A stretch of DNA of 64,000 nt, from the NCBI GenBank assembly GCA_965112155.1, contig OZ218100.1. The stretch is one strand, 5' to 3'. Both the position numbers and the translations under genes were made by a program. Below are positions 1 to 10,679 of the stretch, piece by piece. Below the pieces are notes generated by a model. It did no database searches. It had not been told where the DNA came from and worked only from the letters and a program-made list of their open reading frames with translations. The stretch is from Podarcis liolepis. Lineage: Eukaryota. Every line of letters begins with the position of its first letter. The first letter of the stretch is position 1.

Positions 1-469
1 TCCCATGTTTAAAGCATCTTCAACTGACGGCTATGCAGTCTTGAACAGAAAGTATCCAAGGAAGACGATTTCACTTTCTTGAAGGAAGATTTCACTTTCC
101 TGAAAGAAGCGTCCTCCCTAGCTAATCCATTTACAGTGAGCACACTGCTTCTGGTGGTGGTTTGATCTCACTCTACCTTCCTGGAATTTAAACCCATTTA
201 TTTCTCGCACTATCTTCTGACGAGCAATTGTTCCTCCTCCTTTTGTTATCCCATTCCACATCAATAGATAGGTACCACCCTCGCATCGCAGGGACAGCAG
301 CAGTGCTTTATTTCTAAAAAGAGCGGCGCCTGAGACCAAGTTTCCCTGGAAGCACCCCCCCCCGTCTCTTTTACACACACACATACGGGGGGGGCACTCC
401 CGCATCCAGACCCCCTCGCCCTCGCCCTTAAAAGCAATCAGCCGGAGAACAAAACGCGAAGCCACCTAC

Positions 470-533
470 TTGCGCTCAGGAAACACTCGGTAAACCGCCT
501 AAAACAGCTGCCCGAAGAAGATCCATCTTCCAT
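470..533 (-). CDS. PDE10A: Phosphodiesterase 10A, first coding exon (PDE10A2-type N-terminus), phase-1 donor; rest of the gene lies left of the window
   Basis: ATG at 533-531 reads MEDGSSSGSCFRRFTECFLSA + A|GTAGGT (intron starts at 469). Matches the mammalian PDE10A2 N-terminus [23 protein letters not shown], including the Cys and the RRxT motif. Confidence 0.93.
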
Positions 534-867
534 GTCTGGCCCTAACAAGAGCTCGGCGGAGAACGGGGAGAAAGTGGAGACGGCGCTTCTTTGTTGCTGC
601 CGCTGCCTGCAAGCCCAGCTCCTGCCTCTGGGGCCGTCGCCACGGGCGGCCGCTCTTCTTCTTCCTCCTCCTCCTCCTGTAGCTAACCGATTACAGGACC
701 ACAAGCGAGAAAAAGCCGAGCGAAGAAGCGAAGAGCCGGGAGGCGACCGCTGCTGCCGATGACGACGCTGCCCGGCGGCGCCTTCTTGGGAAATGGGAGC
801 AGGATGGAAAAAGGGAGGCAGAGCCGCCGCCGCCGCCTCCTGCTTCCGCCGCTGCCGGGGAAGGCAA

Positions 868-903
868 TCAAGGCAGCTGCTGCTGCTGCTGCTGCTCCCA
901 CAT
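868..903 (-). other. Short upstream ORF MWEQQQQQQLP* in the PDE10A leader
   Basis: The only minus-strand ATG between 534 and ~1400 is at 903-901. TGA at 870-868; six CAG codons. Inclusion in the mRNA is assumed. Confidence 0.45.
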
Positions 904-1049
904 CTCCTGCCGACGCCGTGCTTGCTTTCCCCTCTCCTTCCCTCCCGCGGGGACTGGGGAGGTGGAAGGGAGGCGAGGAGGGGAGGAACGGAGGTGGCGG
1001 CAAGGAGTGGAAGGAAGGAGAAGGGGAGGGAACGGAGGGGACTGGAGGA

Positions 1050-1051
<2 letters not shown>

Positions 1052-1080
<29 letters not shown>
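1052..1080. repeat. (CTG/CAG)n tract; a second tract at 877-896
   Basis: Direct reading. Confidence 0.95.
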
Positions 1081-3084
1081 GGTTGGAGAAGAGGCTGCAG
1101 GAGCCTGTCCCCGCGGCTCCCGCTGCTCTTGTGAGGATGCGAGTGCGGCCGCAGGCAGCCCGGTCCCTTCCCGGGGAAGGAAGCCCCCCGCCGCCTCCGC
1201 CCCTCTCCTGGCCGAGGGAGTGGAGCAGGCTAGGATTGGAGCCCGGGTTTTCCCCTCCCGCCCCTGCAGCCGCGGGGGGGGGTCTGGGGGGCGGGCTAAG
1301 CGCGCTTTCTCCGGGTTGGCCGTCGAGCTCCGTTCCTGCCCTTTCCGCGCGAGTTTGAGGCAGGACTTTTGCCGAGAGTCACACGGCGGGGCGGCGAGGA
1401 GGGAAGCAGAGGCAGGCGAGGGGACCTCACTCTACCTTTCCCTTCACGCGAAGGGTGGCCGGCCGCCTTCCTCGGGTTTAGGATCCGCCGTGAAGAATCT
1501 TCTTAATATCTTGCTTTTTCCCCTTTGAGGAGAACGAGGAGTCTGCTGGCGACCCGCACCCCTCAAACCTTGGCGTTAAAGCGCGCGCGCGCAAATACAC
1601 ACAATCCACCCCTTTCCTCTGGTTCCTTCTCAGCAATGCAAACATTTCTTTCCGTCTGTAAAAAAGGCAGAGCGAGGAGCGTGGAAAAAAATAGTTCACT
1701 GCAGTGCTGCTTCCAATTTCCAACCCCGGCTCGCCGCCAGAAAAACCGCCCACTGGCGGAGCCTGGTGCCTCAGAGCCGCCTCCCTGCTCACCTCCCCGC
1801 AGCGAAGCCAAAGCAAGCAGCGGACTGGCCTCCTGAAGAAAGCGCGGGAAGCGAAGGGATTTGCCCCTCAGCCGCCTCTGCGCCCTCTCAGCACTTCCAA
1901 GTTCACAAACACCCAGAGTTCCCCTTCACAGGATTGAAGAGCGTATTAAGTAGAGCCCGGCTGGGTCCGACCCAAAGGCCCGCTACATCCCTATGGGAAG
2001 CCCACGAGCGTTTGACTTCAGCGCTCAGTTTCTAAAAAGACATGAGCTCGGTGTCCAGTTTGGGAAGAGAAGGGGCTTCCAGCGAGCTCCCAAAAACTTC
2101 GGCCTGTGAGGGGCGGGAAGCACTCTGCACGTCCCCACAGGCATTCAGGCTGAGGCTGCCTTCGTGCGCACACTATCTTGGCGGGAAGCCGCCTTGAACC
2201 AAACTGGCTTCTGAGGCAAACATGCTGCACTGGTGAGGGGCGCGCTTTTCGGGACTCCGCCCTGAAGAGAGTCTGGCGCCGAACTTCCCGCCCACGACGA
2301 GAAACAAGGCCACGCGCTGAAGGCACCTGCGCTCCTTCCCGTTTCCCAACTTGGGAACACGTGTCTGGTTCGCTGCTCGTGGCTGAGGGGGTCCCAGAGG
2401 CGGCCACGCGCCCTGCCCACAACGTGACTGCGAGGGAAGAAGGGGGCTGGCCCAGCCAGCGTCCTTCTTCCTCACCTGAGCGCTCAGTCTCTCGGGGCTC
2501 AGCCCGCCTCACGGCAGGTGCGCTTGTCCAGGGGTAGCCGCTCGCCACCCAATTCTGGCTTCGCTGCCTGGGCTGGCAACTGTATGTTTCGTTCGCGCGC
2601 CAAAGCTCCCGTTTCAGCACCAACGGGAGAGGAAAGGGGACTGCAAAGCCTGGCTCCCGCTCCCTTCCTTCTTCCTCCGGCTCTCTCGCCCAGAGGGGCG
2701 CTAGGAGAGGGCTACCCTGGAAGGGCGCGGGTGGGACGCAAACGGCCATTACCTGGCAAGCCGCCTCTCTGCGCGGGCGGCTCCTCTCTGAGGGAGCCCG
2801 CGGCTCCCCGTAAAAACGTTCGCCGACTCTTTTGCGGAGCGGTGCTTTAAAAGGAGGCTCGTCGGGAGCAAACCAATCGCAAAGCCGATCGCGTTCGCAG
2901 AAGTCAACGGTGCCCGAAGTTAAGGCGGCTCCTTAACGGCAAGAACCTCGCCCACAAACGGTGCCAAAGCCTGTGGCAAAGGAAGAGAGGCACCGATCTT
3001 CACGTGGTACCGGTTTACACCCCCCATTCCTTTGATGAGAATAGTTGCCCCATTTCCTCATCCCAATGATCACTTAGTTTCTGT

Positions 3085-3156
3085 GAAGAAGAAGAAGAAG
3101 AAGAAGAAGAAGAAGAAGAAGAAGAAGAAGAAGAAGAAGAAGAAGAAGAAGAAGAA
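3085..3156 (+). repeat. (GAA)24 microsatellite
   Basis: Pure GAA run at the CpG-island edge. Confidence 0.97.
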
Positions 3157-3310
3157 ACAATAATACAATTTGGTATTCATTAAAACTGGTCCGATCTTAG
3201 TTGTAAGGTTTCATCTACTTGATTTCTGGATCCTTACTGGTATATACGGACAAAAGAGACATTTTGAAATGAAAAAAGGACAGCGTTCTATAAATGACTG
3301 GAAGATAACT

Positions 3311-3408
3311 TTAAAAAATTCCTTCCTGTAGCACCTTAAAGACCAACTAAGTTAGTTCTTGGTATAAGCTTTCGTGTGCATGCACACTTCTTCAGATACA
3401 CATCTGAA
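3311..3408 (-). mobile_element. Penelope-like element terminal-repeat relic with hammerhead motif and short inverted copy
   Basis: GCACCTTAAAGACCAACTAAG...AAGCTTTCGTGTGCATGCACACTTCTTCAGATAC, typical of reptile Penelope ends. 10-bp TSD GAAGATAACT at 3301-3310 and 3409-3418. Confidence 0.8.
3362..3399 (-). ncRNA. Minimal type I hammerhead ribozyme motif
   Basis: GUAU-CUGAAGA-A-GUGUGCAUGCACAC-GAAA-GCUU-AUAC: intact core boxes, palindromic stem II, stem I GUAU/AUAC. Confidence 0.7.
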
Positions 3409-5332
3409 GAAGATAACTGTTAGAATTCTTTTTTTATCTGTTATGGTACATTCAAAGCAAATGAACCTGATTTCAGTCCTGAAGTTTTCCTTACTGAGGG
3501 GCGGGGGGGGGTGGATCTGTTATTGCATTAGGTTGCCTTTGCGTTATATGTCTGCAATCGTTTTGAAAACGAGATATTTCATCTGTTTTCTCATTCAGTA
3601 ATTGGTGCTCTATTTAAAATTGTGCAGTGGGCACTGGCACTCAGTAGAAATACACACAGGGTCTCGTTGGAAAGCCTTTCCATTTATTTTCCTTATTCAG
3701 TCAGCTGTGATAAAGAACGGGAGGCTACCCAAACTTACCAAGAGGGCAGTTTTTTGTCTCCATAATCGTTTGTCATGTTGGTAAATAGCATCATTTAACA
3801 TGCCTCCTGGAATCTAATGCTGGCATTAGTAAAACAGTGCAGACGTGGTTATTTACAAATGTTTATAAAACAGAGAGCTTGCATGTCACTTATTCACATG
3901 CACAGGTATCTCCTATACATTATTTGAATAATTTGAAGAAACTAAAATGATTGGATGACTTTAAAAATGGTATGCAGTTCTTTGTCTTAAAATCTTATTG
4001 TCTCCTCCTGACACATATCTACCTGAAATCTGCAAAATTGTTTGCTTCTTTTTCCTACTTTTTTCCAAAGAATAATTGAATTGATCAGATTTACAACATA
4101 ACTGCTATGACTTATGTATACCCTGATCAAAATAGTGTCTTCAGCTACACATTCCAGGAAAACTATCAAGTATCCAGTTCAAACTAAATGTATAATTTGC
4201 TCAGTTTAGTTGTTTAACTGTGTTACATTTTCAGACACTAGATGTGCAAAACTTATTTGTAGCTGGAAATAACAGTTCTACATACTTCAGTGTTCCTCTA
4301 AGTACTAAGAATAAGGCATTCATTATTATCCAACATTACAACTAAATAATTTTGCTCATTTCTTGAGAATGCACAATCTTTCCATTACATGTTTTTGTCA
4401 ATTATTCAATTATTGAAATCAAATTGTCAAAGCAGATGGGAGAAAAATAATAGAGCTATGGATATTACCGTATTCATAAGGTGTTGGTTTACTTATATAT
4501 TTAGGAATTTAAGAAGAAGAAACAACAAAGTCCAACGTTGGTTTTATTATGATTTTACATAACTTTGCCATTCCTAAAATTTGCCTTCAGTCAAAACATT
4601 TTAAAATTGTAATTTCCATTGCCTAATAGGCTAAAACATTCATTTGAATACTACAACATCTTGCACAGATTACATTTGCTTTGTAGATGAGTTACAGCCT
4701 GATACTAATTTTACTAGCACTTCTGAGTGTGCTTCAGATGGCAGCCTTAACTTTACAGCTTACTTCTGCAGATGCAATTGACTTATGTGCTGTGTTTTTA
4801 ATTGTAATGTTAGTGATCCTTTAATTTCTTATTTTGTATTTAATTATATTAAAATTTGCATTCCATAGAATACAAATTGTAATGCAATAAAATACAATGT
4901 GGGAAATAACAGCAACAATAAAAATAAAAATCAATAGGAATATTTGATATGGATATGCCATAGAATACCTGGAGCTTGCAGACCACAGGTTGGGTACCCC
5001 TGCCATGGAAAGCTGGTTCAGGAAAACAAATCTGTTATGTAAGAATGTGCCAGTTATATGAACTTTACACAATCATTTTAAGATTAAGTAATTTTTAGCA
5101 TTGTACATGTTCTATACCGAATATGTATGTTTTGTAATTCCTAACATCGAACACACAGTAGCCCCTCCTCTAAGCATAATAAAATGGGTCTAAAATGACA
5201 AATAAGAATAAAATAAATTATTGAATAAGCATGAGCTTGGTTTATTTTTAGAGCCAACTGTACATTTATGGAACTATGGAATTGCAAATCTCCATTTTCA
5301 AGTTTATACGCAAAATTTGTTGTAATTAAAAC

Positions 5333-5451
5333 CATGGGCATAGCCAGGATTTTTTAGGGGGCAGGCTTGTGGGGGGGCAGGTAGAAGCTCAGATTTGTAT
5401 TGATTTGTATTGATTTAGGAGCACCTGGCCCCCACCTTGGCTATGTCCATG
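5333..5451. mobile_element. hAT-type MITE
   Basis: TIR CATGGGCATAGCCA / TGGCTATGTCCATG; decayed 8-bp TSD ATTAAAAC/AATAGAAC. Confidence 0.7.
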
Positions 5452-6254
5452 AATAGAACAATCTGATTCCATTAGACACCAACTGGTTAAAGGTTAAGTT
5501 TCATTGGGAATGGCTTAGCAGCTACTCAATAAGATCTGAAGTAGTAGAAAGGAAATGGAGGTGTCCTGAATGTTACATACAGGGAGTATAGAGAAACTAC
5601 AAGATATTCTTTTTAGCTCTTCTGCCGAAGAGGTTGGGTTATGACAGAAGCAACATTTCTGTGTTCTAAAGACGCATCACATCCTTGCATTCCAGATACT
5701 TCCCAATGCTCAGAATACTTCTCTCCACCCCTGACAGACAGTTATAGACGCCAGAGCCTCCAGCAATCTTTGCAGTGTCACCCTGCTAGTCCCTTAAATG
5801 CCCTGACAAGAAAACAAAAATTTAAATCAGCTAGTGATTATGAATAAGCCTTTAGCATGTATTGCTAACAAAGGAGAAACATCTCAATGAAAAAAGCACC
5901 AATAAATGAACCCAACTACACAACCTACATTTAGCACTGGTCATTCCCCCTAATATTTCACTTTTCTATTAGATACTTCCTATCCATGCATAAATCTTTT
6001 TTACATTTATAATGGCTGGGATCCAGACAAGTGGAAGGTTCACCAAAGGTGTTTCCCCATGTTATATGTGAACTTCCTTCACCCACTATAAGCCACCTTA
6101 TTCTATGCCATTATGGAGGATCCCCTGAACCTCAGCTGGGGGCGTGAAGGGAAAGGGGGGCAGTAAACCCTGTTGCTGGGGGTTTCTCTTGTACATCTGG
6201 ATCCAAACCAATTTTGTGGGAGTTATAAAGGCATTCAACCTTTATAACTATACA

Positions 6255-6388
6255 CAGAGTTTATTTCAGCTGGAACTCACCAGAACTCAATTCTGGCACC
6301 TCTCAGATGGGCGCTATTGCCATTCTAAGAAAACGAGGGAGGTCTCATGGTGAGTTCTGGCACCTCTTTGTCTAGAAAAATGGCACTG
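6255..6388. mobile_element. hAT-type MITE
   Basis: CAG...GCACTG ends; TSD ACTATACA/GTTATACA. Confidence 0.65.
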
Positions 6389-6499
6389 GTTATACACAAG
6401 TAAAATTGTCTGTCTCTCCCTAACTTACCCATTCCCATATATAACACTCTTAACCTCTTTAACTGGGAATGCTCTTAAACATGCCCTTCCAGTTATCTG

Positions 6500-7110
6500 A
6501 CCTTACCAAGACCCTAAGGTCTTCATCAGAGACCCTTCCACAGGCGTCCTCAGCAAATGATATACAGCAGGTAGTTGCTACAGAAACGGCCTTTTCAGTG
6601 ATGGAACCATAACAATAGAACACCCCCTCCAGATAGGTTTGCCTTGCACCTACTACAGTGGTACCTCAGTTTAATAACAGCCCTGTTTACGAACTATTTG
6701 GTTTATGAACTCTGCAAAACCAGAAGTAGTGTCCCGCTTTGCAAACTTTACCTCGGTCTAAGAACAGAATCTGAATGGTGGAGGGGCACCGGCAGTGGGA
6801 AAGCACGCCTCAGTTTAAGAATGGTTTTAGTTTAAGAACAGACTTCCGGAACGGATTAGGTTCGTAAACCGAGGTATATAGCATTTTCATTACCAGGTGA
6901 AAACCTATTTTCCCAAGCATTTTAAATATCAATTTAAGACTTTCAGAGTTTTTATCTGCTTCTACTTGCTGCTGGTGGTGGTGGTCTCATTTATGTAGTT
7001 TTCTGCTGGGATTTTATAATGTTTGGTTTTCAGGGTTCTGTTTGTTTTTATGGTTTTTATCTTTTATTGTTAATCACCCAGAGAACATTGTTTATTGGCT
7101 GGTATACAAA
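6500..7110 (+). mobile_element. Old L2 LINE 3' fragment, split by a Tigger-like MITE
   Basis: GGCCTTTTCAGTGATGG...CACCCAGAG...GGTATACAAAT resembles the squamate L2 3' end (compare 61780-62150). Confidence 0.55.
6656..6876. mobile_element. Tc1/mariner (Tigger/pogo-like) MITE
   Basis: TA|CAGTGGTACCTC ... GAGGTA; right TIR clipped. Confidence 0.8.
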
Positions 7111-7182
7111 TGACATTAGCTAGTCAGTTAACATAGACACTGAGTTTCATCAATAGCACCTATTCAACATATTGTTCTAAAG

Positions 7183-8041
7183 CAGGGGTTCTCAAACCTT
7201 CTGCCTCCAGCATATACCTGACATGGCTAAAAGTTAGTGAGGTCCACCAGTCACAAAAGGGTGGCAGGTGTAAGCAGAGTTTGGCATAATCAACTGGCAA
7301 TTCTTGGCAGCACTTTTTACTGCTATCTAATCCATTTTTGGAAATTGTGTTTTTGGTTTTTGGGGTTTTTTCAGCTGTAACATTTTCCTTGTGACACAGA
7401 GTTCCATAGCTCAGCTTTCCTCAAAGTACAGACATTTCTCTAGAGTTATTATGACTCAGGCTCCCATCCTCATTTTAGGCATAAATTGTTGATTCAGAGA
7501 CTCTAAATGGAGAAGGCCTTTCCTTTCACATTTCCCCCTTCCAAATCCCAGGTGTCCGTTCAAAGTATTTTTTACCCATCTCCTGTAATTTTTACCAATT
7601 CTCCATTCACACTCAACTTATAACTTATTCCTTCCCCCCAAAAGACCTGCCAGTTTATATCGCTCCTCCTTCCTTGGTCTTTTACGTTCCTTTCTTCCCC
7701 TTGTAACAGTTTTCCTCTATTATCCCCATCCTTTCTATTTCCAGTTTATTAATATTTTAATTTTTTATATTAATTTTTAACTACACTTTCTAATTTCTTT
7801 CAACTACTCTCCCAGTCCTTTCCCCTCCAATAAGAGAAATGCCCGCCCACCCCGCAAAAAAAAAAAAAAAAACCTTCTCTGTCTCCTGGCCACCTTTACT
7901 CAGCAGGCAACAAACTGCTGCTGCTGGCATTAGTTCAGCCAAAAAGCTACAGCACAGTTAGGGGACAAGGCAGTACAGTTAGGGGGCAAGTCACTGAGGC
8001 CTACCGAAAAGTGGCACAAAACCCACTCTTGAGAAGCACTG
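7183..8041. mobile_element. hAT-type non-autonomous element, probably with internal insertions
   Basis: TIR CAGGGGTTCTCAA / TTGAGAAGCACTG; TSD TTCTAAAG/CTCTGAAG. Confidence 0.55.
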
Positions 8042-9858
8042 CTCTGAAGTGTTACTTGTTCTAAATCACCCTTTAATATTGATCCTGTTTTCTTTTAGTT
8101 TGTATGAGCATGGCCTTAGTTCATCCTGTTCATCATGAGTACTGCTCTCAAATTACTAGTGTTGAACAAGGACATTTGGCAAGCAAAATAAAACTGTTTT
8201 TCCTTTTGTAATCACAGTATGTCAAAACACTTGGGTTAATTATGAAAAGTATTTGATTTCATCTGCCCTATTCCACTACCTACACTGTTCCCCAAGAAGA
8301 AGGGACTCAATCCTGGGTTTCATATTCTGAACAGAAGTGTCCTGGTTTCCATTCAAAGCACACAGGCAAAGGACCTTACTCATAAGTAAGAAAGAACTCT
8401 TTGTTCAGGCAAGTAGCAGCATGGGCTCAGCAGCAAACACAGTGCTCAGGAGTCACGATTCAGGAGCTCAAGAGCAGGGCAAGAAATTCAGAACTAGATG
8501 GAAGCAATGAAGATGTCCCAAGGAGTTTCCCCACCCATCTTGCCAAGTTTTTGTAGATGAAGTGCCTGCTTGATCAGGATGCGTGGCTCTGCTCCCATCT
8601 GCAAAGATGGTGTATGGTTCTAAGTGACAAGGCCGTACCCTCACCTTCAGACTCCTGTTCAGTCACTGCTGTGTCTTGTTTAGCCTCCTACTTCAGCTGA
8701 TCAAAGCCCTCCCTAGTCCTGACTGAGGCTCTCGGATCCCCCTTCCAAAGCAGCTGAAGTCAGGACAGAAAGAGTAGATCCTCCCTCCTCCAACTCAAGC
8801 TCCTACCATTCAGCTCCCTCCTCCAATTTCTTCCTCCTCCACCTGAGCCTGCCAGTACAATACTAATCCTAACTATGGCTTCATGGCAAGAAGCTAGAAA
8901 CACTTTTAAGAAGGAAACAATATATGCCAGCTCGGATCCATTACAGTCTACCAGCTACATAAAGTGGAGTCAGTATTAGTAAGATTAGCTACTTTTCTGC
9001 TTTTACATTATGAAAAACTGCATATATTAATATAAGAAATAATTAAAATATTGATTTCAGATGATAAGCAATTAAGGTATACTCAGAGTAGACCCAATGA
9101 TTTCAGTGGGATTACTCTGAGAATGACTAACATTGGTGCTCAACCTATGCTTTTATTGCACATTAAAATCTGCTCGTTTCAAACTACTTTTATACGAATC
9201 AACTATTTTATACGAAATCAACTATTGTACAAAATGGTCATGTGAAGTCATCCTTAGTCATGGTCCCAGTGGAATGTATCTTGTTTCAAATGGCAAATTT
9301 TATGTATTGCTTTGGTAAAAACAGGCTTTCAACACACTACCATATATTTTTAGATAAGTAAATTGAGTGGAATTTTGCTCTGTCATCTAAGCAACTACAG
9401 AAAGATTTCATACACAAATGTAGCATCAAAATGTTTTTGATAATTTTTGTAAAGCTATCACCCTCCTTCCACTGTATATATAGCTCAGACTTGGCTATAT
9501 TTTGCTGAAAGCATTACAGGGGACAAATGAATAAGAGGCAGAAAAACATCTGATAGCTCTTGTGCAGCAGTATTGGGGCTCCCAAAGACACCCAGGGCCC
9601 TACACTAATCCCCAAAATTAGGTACCAGTGATTAGATACCAGCCTTTTTCTAGATAAGGAGGAGAAATTCAAATCAATTTGCATTTAAAGGCAAACTTTC
9701 TGAAAGAATTCACACTTTCCAAAAGAAATGTGATGTAAAACATAGAAACCCGTCAAAATTTGCAGTTATCTGAATTTTGCAATGCAGTTCTCCAGCCAGG
9801 TAGTGTGTACAAAAAATGCAGATATTTAGGTTAAATGTGCACAAAAATGCAGCTTATT

Positions 9859-10679
9859 CTTGTTGTTATTACATGTCTGTCTCAAGAGAGAGAGAATGGA
9901 ATCCACCTCTGGGGTTGATGTCAAATTGCTGTATTAGCAGCACCAAAGTGACCACTCTGGGATTTAGGTTTGATGAGGCCCTAAGCTACTGAAAGTAATG
10001 GGGCCCTTTATATGTCCAGCTGTCCTTTGTCAACAACAAATTGTCACTGTTTTTTGTGTTGAATGTATGCTATATGGTAATTTATGGACCTTATAGGTAT
10101 CTACAGCCATTTGCACATAACAAAATATGTATTTTATCAAAGTAATTGTTATATTTTGGAAATGTACATCCAGGGGGTCCAAGAGAGTGGGACCTAAGCT
10201 ATAGCTTGTTTAGCTTATACGTAAATCTGACACTGCTCTGGGAGGCAAGTCAGGGCAGTGTGTATGGAGGTCTTGGGCAGCCCAGACGACAAGACCCCTC
10301 TCTTGGCCTCACTGATATGGCCCAAAGGAAAGCAGAGCAATACGTTTGGCACCAGCTTGGCTGCAGCAGTTGCCGGAAGAAGACGTACAAGATGCCATCC
10401 AAACATCTTAGGGCTCCCCTCTGGATTTGTATAGAGTTTACTCCTTAGCCTTTTCTTATCCCAAATATGTCCCACAAGGCAGCGGAGGTTTAGGATCAGA
10501 GTTTCCCATCTGCCATGCACTTCCCTCTACAGCATGTGCGGAAACCACCTTCTTGACCACTGGACCCACTATTGGTCTCATCTGCTCAATCTGCCAGAGC
10601 CAGTGTTCACACACAAAGGAAGTCCCTAACTCACCAAGGGTTTGAAACCCATATGCTACCCTCCCCTGGCTTAGAAACA
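9859..10679 (-). mobile_element. Non-autonomous bipartite RTE-derived retroposon (5' UTR fused to RTE 3' tail)
   Basis: The minus-strand 3' end ACCCCAGAGG...CCATT...GAGACAGA..AACAAC matches RTE tails at 28700-28755 and 46860-46910. The remainder resembles an RTE 5' UTR. No ORF. Confidence 0.6.
9963..10235. mobile_element. hAT MITE nested in the RTE-derived element
   Basis: 8-bp TSD CTCTGGGA at 9955-9962 and 10236-10243; right TIR TAAATCTGACACTG; left TIR clipped. Confidence 0.7.

Larger units (their letters stand above)
270..3010. promoter_or_regulatory. PDE10A: CpG island / PDE10A promoter and 5' leader
   Basis: Very GC- and CpG-rich against a CpG-depleted background. Contains (GC)5 at 1581, CCAAT at 2873, CACGTG E-boxes at 2358 and 3001, and GGCGGGAA at ~2180. 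Confidence 0.9.

Noticed and set aside
2613-2631. REST/NRSE-like TTCAGCACC..GGAGAG
   Set aside because: The left half-site is perfect but the spacer is 4 nt rather than 2 and the right half is weak.
759-2850. Long overlapping ORFs on both strands in the CpG island (e.g. 759-1358 +, 962-1528 +, 2018-2749 -)
   Set aside because: Low-complexity, stop-poor GC-rich shadow frames with no recognisable domain.
8338-8860. Possible old solo LTRs here and at ~16640-16955
   Set aside because: LTR-like composition, but no convincing TSD or termini could be established.
9181-9226. Short tandem repeats (also 67-108) superficially like repeat arrays
   Set aside because: Simple 19-21-bp local duplications with no spacers; eukaryotic DNA, not CRISPR.
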